A stretch of 64,000 nucleotides of DNA from Macrostomum lignano (Eukaryota). This document shows, one piece after another, positions 13,101-23,066 of this stretch (within the stretch, counting starts at the first letter, position 1; each line of letters begins with the position of its first letter). The translations under genes and the position numbers were made by a program. The stretch lies in NCBI GenBank assembly GCA_002269645.1, contig NIVC01000294.1, positions 62,001-126,000 on the forward strand, read 5' to 3'. A model generated the notes under the pieces. It was not told where the DNA came from and ran no database searches. It saw only the letters and a list, made by a program, of their open reading frames with translations.

Positions 13101-16100
13101 CCCGCTCTCCCCTCCCGCTCTCCCCTCCTGCTCTCCCCTCCCGCTCTCCCCTCCTGCTCTCCCCTCCCGCTCTCCCCTCCTGCTCTCCCCTCCCGCTCTC
13201 CCCTCCCTTACTCCCCTCCATCTCTCCCCTCCATCTCTCCCCTCCCTCACTCCCCTCCATCTCTCCCCTCCATCTCTCCCTTCCCTCACTCCCCTCCATC
13301 TCTCCCCTCCCTCACTCCCCTTCATCTCTCCCCTCCCTCACTCCCCTCCATCTCTCCCCTCCTGCTCTTCCTTCTCTCTTCTCCCTCCGCCTCCCTCTCT
13401 CCTCTCTCTCTCTCACATTTCCCTCTCCTCCCCATCTCTTCTCTCTTTCTCTCCCCTCCTCTCCCCTCCTTTTCTTTCCTCTTTCTCTCAGTCCTTCATT
13501 GTAAAGTGATGATTTTTTTCAAAGCCGTGTAATCATTTATTTTTCCCACCGGCCTTGACCGTTAAAGTGCAATCCCGCCCAGAAACTGGGCTACAGTGCA
13601 GGTCATCGTTTACTTTAGGAAAAGCAATCGCAAACGGACCTCTTGCTTACCTGACGTGTTTCCCAAATCCACCACGTGAATTTTTTTTCTTGTTTCCCAT
13701 TTCCTGTGGCATTTGGACTTTCCAGGGTTTGGCATTTAATAGTCATGCCTTAATTCTTCCTGTTTTGCTGTTTCATCATTTGGAATGTCAGGAAGACGTT
13801 AGCCAGTGTTAAAGTACAAATGTTGGTCTCTAAGAGCCTAGCATTAGCTAGATTGTGTGACGCGAAGGCTTGTGTTGCAATGGAGTTTCCCAGTTCTGTG
13901 CTCTGTTTTTGTGTGTGCCGGAATCCACAGCGCCCCTTCTACTTTGCCCTTTACACTGCGCTGGAGCGGCGTTGTCCAGGGTTCTTCGATTGCACAAAAA
14001 AAGGCTGTTGCTTCATGTGCTCTCCGCTTATAATATGATTGCATGTAGTTCAGAGCTGTGCGTGGGTGAGTCACTTTAAATCCACTTGCTTTCCTGGAAT
14101 AAACACTGTGAATTAGAGGATCATATATATAGGATTGGGATTATTGCTGCGGAAATACCTGACTGACAGAAAAACTGAGCTGGAACCAACTGAGCTGAGC
14201 TAAACCAAACTAAATCAAACTGAACTAAACTGTAAAAAACTGAGATAAACTAAAGCTAACTAGAACAAACTAATCTGAGCTAAACTAAACTAAACCTAAA
14301 GAGAGCTAACTAAACTAAAGCTAACTAGAACAAACTAAGCTGAGCTAAACTAAACTAGACTAAACCTAAAGAGAGCTAACTAAACTAAAGCTAACTAGAA
14401 CAAACTAAGCTGAGCTAAACTAAACTAGACTAAACCTAAAGAGAGCTAACTAAACTAAAGCTAACTAGAACAAACTAATCTGAGCTAAACTAAACTAAAC
14501 CTAAAGAGAGCTAACTAAACTAAAGCTAACTAGAACAAACTAAGCTGAGCTAAACTAAACTAGACTAAACCTAAAGAGAGCTAACTAAACTAAAGCTAAC
14601 TAGAACAAACTAAGCTGAGCTAAACTAAACTAGACTAAACCTAAAGAGAGCTAACTAAACTAAAGCTAACTAGAACAAACTAAGCTGAGCTAAACTAAAC
14701 TAGACTAAACCTAAAGAGAGCTAACTAAACTAAAGCTAACTAGAACAAACTAAGTTGAGCTAAACTAAACTAAACCTAAAGAGAGCTAACTAAACTAAAC
14801 CTAAAGAGAGCTAACTAAACTAAAGATAACTAGAACAAACTAAGCTGAGCTAAACTAAACTAGACTAAACCTAAAGAGAGCTAACTAAACTAAAGCTAAC
14901 TAGAACAAACTAATCTGAGCTAAACTAAACTAAACTAAACCTAAAGAGAGCTAACTAAACTAAAGCTAACTAGAACAAACTAAGCTGAGCTAAACTAAAC
15001 TAGACTAAACCTAAAGAGAGCTAACTAAACTAAAGCTAACTAGAACAAACTAAGTTGAGCTAAACTAAACTAAACCTAAAGAGAGCTAACTAAACTAAAC
15101 CTAAAGAGAGCTATCTAAACTAAAGCTAACTAGAACAAACTAAGCTGAGCTAAACTAAACTAGACTAAACCTAAAGAGAGCTAACTAAACTAAAGCTAAC
15201 TAGAACAAACTAAGCTAAAATAAGCTAAACTAGAACAAACTAAACTTTAGTAAACAAAAAACAAACTGAGCCATGCCAAAACAAACTTTAACTGACTTTG
15301 CCCGACCAAAACTGGACCCAGGCTACAGCTGAACTTATCAAATTTGACTGACAGACTTGGTGCAATCCAAAGTGTGCACCACCTGGTCAAAACAATCGCA
15401 CCATTGCACTTAGAATCTTTAGCAGTTGTTGCCAAACCAGAAATGCAAATATGGCCTGATATCGCAGTGATTTCATTTCGTGGTGCAGAAGATTTGTCAA
15501 ATCTATTTAGTTCTACATGGCGGTTTTACAATTTGTTTCTGATGAAATAAGCCGATAAACACAAGTGTTCAGTTACTGGCAGTTGGTGCCGAATGTGCAA
15601 ATTTCTTCAAAACAGCTTGAACACAGATGGAGCCTCAACTCAACTGCCCGTTGTAAACGAGCAGAAGTTCCTGAAATCATTTTTTTAATAAAAGCTAACA
15701 GTGTTTAAAAATCTCGAGAAGACTTCTTGACGTGTCACCTCTTATCAATCAAGACATTTGGCTTCTTATCTTACCTGGATTGCTTCTGGCCCTGACTAGT
15801 GTCTTGAGGATAGTTAAAAATTCGATTCCAATTTATGGTTTTGTAAAGTTTTTTTCCACAAATTTGGTAAGGTTTAAATTTAGGCCACAGTGCTTGTTAA
15901 GGTCACTGGTTTTATGGTGTTGATAAACATACTGCAGAAATGTGACGCTTCAATGTGCGATATGGTATAGTTATCTTAGTTTGAAATTACATATAGTTAT
16001 AGTAATAATCATAATTGTAATCGTAATCGCAATCATAATTGATTGCACCTGCCCAACTGGGCCAGATGTGCAACCGACAGCTCAGCCGCAGCTATTGCGC

Positions 16101-19100
16101 GGCGCATCTGAAGGCTGCGTACGGCTGTTCAAAGATTGGGGGTTAGTGGGGGGGGCGCCACACACACCCTCAATTACCCCAGCTAATGCTGGCATCCATT
16201 TTACAGCTGGGTGAACTGAAGCAATGCAGAGTTAAGTGTCTTGCTTAAGGACACAGATTGTTATGAGTGGGTCGAGAATCAAACCCCCCCTCCCCAACCT
16301 TAAAGTCGGGAGTCCGATGCTCTTACCACTAGGCTACAACCCCCTTTAATTGTTGGATTATAAATTCACATCAGAAAGTTGTAGAAAGTCGACACTTGTT
16401 AATCCCAAAGCAAAAAAAAATTAAGCAGCTACTCCTTGACTAAGAGCGGAGCTTGCATAGATTTTAGCAGCCCAGCAGAGCATTCAAACAACGCTCGTGA
16501 AACTGAAGTTTATAGAAATGAACTAATAAAAGTGTGTGTTTCGAGGCAGAAGCCATAAAAGTTTGTATAAATATAGCTCAAAATCAAATGTTCGGCAGTC
16601 GCATGCCCCGGACTCCCTTTAACAAACTTCTCAAATAAAGTGAGAACTTTTGGCACTTTTTCCCAGAGCAAAAATATAGGATCAAGTTTAAGTTTTGTGT
16701 CAGTTTAAAGCGAAAGATGTCTTCCTTCGAAAAAATTCCATCTTAATTAAATGAATGAGCTTTTAATAAAAATTATGTTTAAAATGATTGCACTATGCCA
16801 CTTATAGGCCTACCATGAAAGTGAGTCTTAAATCCTTCTAAATCTTATAGACTCTTCAATCCGACTAAATCTCATGGACTCTTTAAATCTAACGAAATCT
16901 TTAAAAACTTTCAAATCCAACAAAAAGTTTTTTCCAACGAGTGTCAGAAAATTCAACTAAAATGAAATTACCTAACTAGCCTATAACTGTAATTCCAATG
17001 GCAAAACTATTTACAGCTATTGCAGAAAACTAACAAAAAATGAGTAGTTCTAACGCTAAGCAGCAAGCAGTCATACGAGTTGAAACTAAAAGCTTCGTTG
17101 CTCAGTGTATACTTTCTGATAGTACTGAAATGAAATGATAGGGTGAAACAAAGGTCACCTAAAGAGATACACAGAGATATTATAGAAAAAGAAGCATGAC
17201 ACCCCATTGGCCATGCACATTGTCACTGCAACGTAAAGTGGGGGTGTGTCACTTTGAGTGGCGGGTTAGTGCAAAACAATCAAGCCTATTTAGCTAGTGC
17301 AGCAGCGTAAAAGAGAGGACAAGACTGAATCTATCTTTTTGAGAGCCTTGACTGAGGCCTTGCCTACCCAGGCCGTCATGCCAGTTAAAAGACTGCCAGC
17401 TACAAACAAACTAAACGAAGCTTCAACCGAAAACGGTTGTTGGTCTGCCGCCGAAAGCTTTCGTCAGCTTGGCGATCGATGCAGGCAGCTTCGCAGTCGT
17501 CGACAAGCTCAAGAGCAGCAGAAACAGCTTCAATTGCGCTTAGAACAATCCAAACAGCAGCAGCACAGAAATAGTTCAATATTGTTGCAGCTGCTTTTCT
17601 GCGAAAGCAACGATAGTGAGGATCAAAATAATAGCGCTCAACCACCGACGTTTCAGACTAATCTGCACATGCGACTGCCCAGGCCTCGCTATGCCGCAGA
17701 TTTTGCCGCCTCAGAATTTATCCCACAACGCGAGCTGATCCCGCTAGATGAGACTTTATCGAATGGTGAAGCCTCCGCTAGCGCGTCACGAGCCACTTTC
17801 TCCAACCACTTCGATTACGAAGATGACGAATTAGCTGAAACCGCGAGCAGCAGTCACGATTTAGATGCCGAACTAATCGAGAGAAGCCAAGACCTGCTTT
17901 TGGATCAGTTTCACGAATGGCATCGAAGTTGCAATATGTTCCACGTGATGGCCTACCATCCTGAGTACCTGGACATCTTCCTGCGCTTTCACAACTGCCT
18001 GCTGCGTAGTGCCGGGCCTGTTGGATACGCCGAACGGCACTACCTGGCTTTGATGGTGAGTGAACTATGTGAAATATTGTCACTCCCTAGATTATGAATG
18101 TCACTCCGTAGATTATGAATATCACTCCGTAGATTAGAAATGTCACTCCTTAGATTTGAAATGTCACTCATTAGATTTGAAATTTCACTCGTTATATTAT
18201 AAATGTCACTCCTTAGATTATAAAGGTCCCTCATTAGATTTGAAATTTCACTCCTTGGATTAGAAATGTCACTCATTAGATTTGAAATGTCACTCATTAG
18301 ATTTGAAATGTCACTCATTAGATTTGAAATGTCACTCATTAGATTTGAAATGTCACTCCTTAGATTAGAAATGTCACTCATTAGATTAGAAATGTCACTC
18401 CTTAGATTAGAAATGTCACTCATTAGATTAGAAATGTCACTCATTAGATTTGAAATGTCACTCCTTAGATTTGAAATGTCACTCCTTAGATTTGAAATGT
18501 CACTCCTTAGATTAGAAATGTCACTCATTAGATTAGAAATGTCACTCATTAGATTTGAAATGTCACTCATTAGATTTGAAATGTCACTCATAAGATTAGA
18601 AATGTCACTCATTAGATTTGAAATGTCACTCCTTAGATTTGAAATGTCACTCCTTAGATTAGAAATATCACTAATTAGATTAGAAATATCACTCATTAAA
18701 TTAGAAATGTCACTCATTAGATTTGAAATGTCACTCATTAGATTTGAAATGTCACTCATTAGATTTGAAATATCACTCCTTAGATTAGAAATGTCACTAC
18801 TTAGATTAGAAATGTCACTCCTTAGATTATGAATGTCACTCCGTAGATTATAAATGTCACTCCTTAGATTAGAAATGTCACTCCTTAGATTAGAAATGTC
18901 ACTCCTTAGATTAGAAATGTCACTAATTAGATTAGAAATATCACTCATTAGATTAGAAATGTCACTCATTAGATTAGAAATGTCACTCATTAGATTAGAA
19001 ATGTCACTCATTAGATTTGAAATGTCACTCATTAGATTAGAAATGTCACTCATTAGATTTGAAATGTCACTCATTAGATTTGAAATGTCACTCATTAGAT

Positions 19101-22100
19101 TAGAAATGTCACTCCTTAGATTTGAAATTTCACTCCTTAGATTTGAAATGTCACTCATTAGATTAGAAATGTCACTCGTTATATTATAAATGTCACTCAT
19201 TAGATTTGAAATGTCACTCATAAGATTAGAAATGTCACTCATTAGATTTGAAATGTCACTCCTTAGATTTGAAATGTCACTCCTTAGATTAGAAATATCA
19301 CTAATTAGATTAGAAATATCACTCATTAAATTAGAAATGTCACTCATTAGATTTGAAATGTCACTCATTAGATTTGAAATGTCACTCATTAGATTTGAAA
19401 TATCACTCCTTAGATTAGAAATGTCACTACTTAGATTAGAAATGTCACTCCTTAGATTATGAATGTCACTCCGTAGATTATAAATGTCACTCCTTAGATT
19501 AGAAATGTCACTCCTTAGATTAGAAATGTCACTCCTTAGATTAGAAATGTCACTAATTAGATTAGAAATATCACTCATTAGATTAGAAATGTCACTCATT
19601 AGATTAGAAATGTCACTCATTAGATTAGAAATGTCACTCATTAGATTAGAAATGTCACTCATTAGATTTGAAATGTCACTCATTAGATTAGAAATGTCAC
19701 TCATTAGATTTGAAATGTCACTCATTAGATTTGAAATGTCACTCATTAGATTAGAAATGTCACTCCTTAGATTTGAAATGTCACTCATTAGATTAGAAAT
19801 GTCGCTGATTAGATTTTAATGTCACTCCACTGCAAAACTTCGTGCCCTCAGTATGTAAACTCAGTAAGCAGACCAGTATATGTATATTATATATTTCAAA
19901 ATGGTCTTTTAAAACCCCTGGAACCTTCTTTCTGTCTGCACAACTTCTTGTGTGCATCTCTCTATCGAGCTAAAATATTCATCTCTCAAATGAAATAAAA
20001 ACCTTTTTTAACCTCGGCACTGAGGCCACTGCCCTGGATATGCGAGAATTTGCAAAAACTGAATTGGGGTGTTAGAGGCCATTATCTATCTCAGACAGTG
20101 TGCGAGCTGTTACTCTTTCTGTTGAAAAGCGGGGCCTCACTCACTGCTTACTGTGCAGCAAAGTGGCTGGCTTTTTACATCAAAGTGTGTGCGTCTTTGC
20201 GTTAGTTCTGCTCATACAGCTTCTGCCTGCCTCGCTTGTCTTTTGCGGGGCCTTTAGCCCTGTAAAACATGCGACTTTGTGGAGCAAACTTGATGGCAGC
20301 TGCATCATAAATATGTGTGCCTGTGTTTACACGCAACAGTACACGACTTTGCTTTTTAAGTTTTTAGATATTGTTTATTTATTTACCTTTGGATATACTT
20401 CACTGTGGTTTAATTTTCGGGTTTGTTTGCGATTGTAAATTGCTGCAAATTGCAATCTATAGCTATGAGCTCTCTCTCTCTCTTTCTGCTATTCTATAGT
20501 CTGTATTTCGTCAATTTCAATGTACACTCACCCGATTCCCCTCTCACCAGCACCCACCCCATTGTACACTCACCCGATTTTCCTCTCACCCAGCACCCAC
20601 CCCAATGTACACTCACCCGATTCCCCTCTCACCCAGCACCCACCCCAATGTACACTCACCCGATTCCCCTCTCACCCAGCACCCACCCTATGCACACCCA
20701 GGCCGCCAGTCGCCATCGCTGCGCCTACCTTGCCCACCTTCACGCCGCCGAGTTCATCCACCTAAACGGAGACGAGTCCTGGCTGCGCGGCCTCGAGCAC
20801 GCCTCATCCAAGATGCAGAAACTCGGCCAGCTATGCCGCCTGGTGGCCCACCGACCCTGGGAAATCACCTCGGATATTTTGCGCCCGCTGCTAACTGGCG
20901 CTGACTCGCTGTCTCAGTCGGAGCTGGTCCACTGCATGTGCATTCTGGCTCATTTTACCGCGCTGGCCGGCTTTGTGGCCGGGACAGGTGTCCGGCCCGA
21001 GATTGACTCGCCTTTAGGTCACACTTATCGAAGTCAAAGTGGCGAGTCTCTGTATCAGCAGCAGCAGCAGCAGCAACAGCAGAATTTCCTGCAAAGCAGT
21101 TGCAACAGCACCAGTGGTAACCTGACTACGGGCCATCTGCCTTCGTCTACCAGTCCCACACCTTCCAGTCCTGGGGTGAGAGACTATATGTCATTCAGGT
21201 TTTGTTCGGTTATTGCTGTGAGATCTCACAGGAGAATAGACTTTTATGATAGACAGTCTACCATACGATATCTAATAGGGAATTTTTAGTTATTACTTAT
21301 TACCGAATTATACTAGGGGGTTGTAGCCTAGTGATTAGTGTCAGACTCACGACTTGATGGTCGGGGGTTCGATTCCCGATCCAACTCAGAACGGAACAAT
21401 TAGTGTCCTTGAGCAAGACACTTAATTCTGCATTGCTTCAGTTCACCCAGCTGTAAAATGGGTGCCAGCATTAGCTGGGGTAATTGAGGCTGTGTGTGGC
21501 GACCCCCAGTCCTTGGACTGAACAGCCGTACGCAGCCTTCAGATGCGCCGCGCAATAGCTGCGGCTGAGCCGTAGGTTGCACATCTCTCCCAGTTGGGGC
21601 AGGCGTAATCAATTATTTGAATCCTTTATTTACACCCTGCTATCTGTCACCGCGGGCCTCCCAAACCAGATCGACCCGAACCAGCGGGTCCTGGATCTCA
21701 TGAACGCCATCAAAGACATTGACGACGAGACTGAAGGTGGCGAAGCCCTGCCAGAGGAGCAATTGATTCGCCGATTCGAGTGCATCGAAGCTGAGACCGC
21801 CGGGCTGCCCTGCTTTCACCGGAGCGTCTCCCGTGAGCAGCAACAGCAGCAGCAGCAGCAGCAAATGCTGCTCCGACAGCAGCAGCAACAGCAGCTCAAC
21901 AGTCAGGAGTTGATAGCCGCTGAATTGGCAAACTTCTGTCAGGAGCCCGGATACGCATATAAAGATTTTCTTCTGGCCAAAGCTGACAACAAGCAATTGA
22001 GAAGTTTTCGAATTCAGGTTTGTTAATTAGAAACTTTTTCTTAAAATAACGACTGAGGGTAAATGGTATTTAAGATACAAGTAATCCTATTCCCCGTTGT

Positions 22101-23066
22101 GCTCTAGCTGATATGAAGCCTACCCCCAATGTGTACATCACTAGCTGATATAAAGCCTACCCCCAATGTACACTAGCTGAAATAAAACCTACCCCAATGT
22201 ACACTAGCTGATATAAAACCTACCCCCAATGTACACTAGCTGATATGAATAAGCCTACCCCCAATGTGTACATCACTAGCTGATATAAAGCCTACCCCCA
22301 ATGTACACTAGCTGATATAAAACCTACCCCCAATGTACACTAGCTGATATAAAACCTACCCCCAATGTACACTAGCTGATATAAAACCTACCCCCAATGT
22401 ACACTAGCTGATATAAAACCTATCCCCAATGTACACTAGCTGATATAAAACCTATCCCCAATGTACACTAGCTGATATGAAGCCTACCCCCAATGTACGC
22501 TTGCTGATATGAAGCATATCTCTTAATGTACACTCACGCATCAATTCCAGGACTACTCCTGGGAAGAGGACGGCTGCTGTCTCGTTGATCGCTATCTGCC
22601 CAGCATAGGTTACGAACTCAACGAACGTTTTGAAACGTCGTTTAATTTAACCTACCTCACGATGGGCATGAATACCAACGTTGAAACGGCGCCGTTCCGT
22701 CGCGCTGTCTGGTACTACGTGCACAGCATATTCGGCATTCGACACGACGACTATGATTATCACCTCATCAATCGAATGTTGAGCATTGAGTTGAAGAAAT
22801 ATTGCAAGTTAGTGGCTTGCGCTCCGGAGCAGGTTACTATGGGGCACTATCGCAGCGCGATGCCAGGCTTCAAGCACTCGGAAAAGGTGATAGAGGAGAG
22901 AGGGAGGGTAGGGAGAATAGCTGCAATAAAAATCTTAATCCACCATTTTAATCTAAACCTTAACCAACCGCAGGTCCACGTGAATCTGGTAATCATGGAC
23001 GCCCGAGTTCAAGCCTGTCTGCTCTACAGTCTCCGAGCTCTAAATGACCACACTACTGGCCAGTGA
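9802..23066 (+). CDS. SESN: Sestrin, 6 coding exons: join(9802-10143,17657-18055,20702-21175,21670-22017,22551-22886,22974-23066), ~663 aa
   Basis: All junctions are GT..AG and phase 0. Motifs match sestrins: VMAYHPEYL..FL..H..LL...GP....RHYLALM|AASRHRCAYL, LVAHRPWEIT, YAYKDF, SFRIQ|DYSWEEDG, NLTYLTM, FRRAVWYYVHSIFGIRHDDYDY, FKHSEK|VHVNLVIMDARVQACLLYSLRAL. Confidence 0.93.
11917..12395. repeat. 21-bp minisatellite in sestrin intron 1 (~22 copies)
   Basis: Unit GTGTTTAGAGTG(C/A)CAAA(C/A)TGG; produces the spurious VFRVPNW, HSKHPVW and CLECQNG ORFs. Confidence 0.95.
13030..13492. repeat. Near-pure polypyrimidine (C/T) tract with 13-bp subunits
   Basis: CTCTCCCCTCC(C/T)G and CTCCCCTCCATCT units decaying into (CT)n; few purines over ~460 bp. 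Confidence 0.9.
14175..15246. repeat. 65/70-bp satellite built from CTAAA-type pentamers (~15 copies)
   Basis: Unit CTAACTAAACTAAAGCTAACTAGAACAAACTAAGCTGAGCTAAACTAAAC(TAGAC)TAAACCTAAAGAGAG. Confidence 0.95.
15990..16344 (-). mobile_element. tRNA-derived SINE with conserved central domain and (ATT)-like tail
   Basis: Reverse complement is strongly similar to the copy at 21316-21617; head GGGGTTGTAGCCTAGTGG; degenerate ATT/ATG triplet tail at 15990-16040. Confidence 0.85.
17657..18055 (+). CDS. SESN: Sestrin exon 2
   Basis: Acceptor TTTCAG| at 17656; TNLHMRLPRP...SEFIPQ...HYLALM; donor |GTGAGT at 18056. Confidence 0.9.
18075..19830. repeat. 21-bp minisatellite (~83 copies) at the 5' end of sestrin intron 2, with a 630-bp higher-order duplication
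   Basis: Unit GAAATGTCACTC(A/C)TTAGATT(T/A); rare variants recur exactly 630 bp apart (18581 vs 19211; stops 18832/19462). Confidence 0.97.
20518..20701. repeat. 42-43-bp minisatellite (4 copies plus a partial) ending at the intron 2 acceptor
   Basis: AATGTACACTCACCCGATTCCCCTCTCACCCAGCACCCACCCC; TG(T/C)ACAC starts at 20521, 20563, 20606, 20649, 20691. Confidence 0.9.
20702..21175 (+). CDS. SESN: Sestrin exon 3 (Cys125-equivalent; polyQ)
   Basis: Acceptor CACCCAG|; AASRHRCAYLAHLH...HRPWEIT...; donor GGG|GTGAGA. Confidence 0.9.
21316..21617 (+). mobile_element. tRNA-derived SINE (CORE/V/Meta-like central domain) in sestrin intron 3
   Basis: A box TAGCCTAGTGATT, B box GGTTCGATTCC; central GTGTCCTTGAGCAAGACACTTAA...CTGTAAAATGGG resembles conserved metazoan SINE central domains; second copy in the window. 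Confidence 0.85.
21670..22017 (+). CDS. SESN: Sestrin exon 4 (linker, polyQ); 5' boundary uncertain (alternative in-frame AG 15 nt downstream)
   Basis: AACCAG|ATC GAC CCG...RVLDLMNAI...YAYKDF...SFRIQ|GTTTGT. Confidence 0.8.
22104..22535. repeat. ~32-bp minisatellite (~13 copies) ending just before the intron 4 acceptor
   Basis: Unit AATGTACACTAGCTGATATAAAACCTACCCCC (e.g. 22332, 22364). Confidence 0.93.
22551..22886 (+). CDS. SESN: Sestrin exon 5 (Leu-pocket and GATOR2-binding region)
   Basis: TTCCAG|GACTACTCCTGG; DYSWEEDG...HDDYDY...FKHSEK|GTGATA. Confidence 0.92.
22974..23066 (+). CDS. SESN: Sestrin exon 6 (last coding exon)
   Basis: CCGCAG|GTC CAC GTG; VHVNLVIMDARVQACLLYSLRALNDHTTGQ*. 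Confidence 0.92.
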   Translation, partial: VHVNLVIMDARVQACLLYSLRALNDHTTGQ

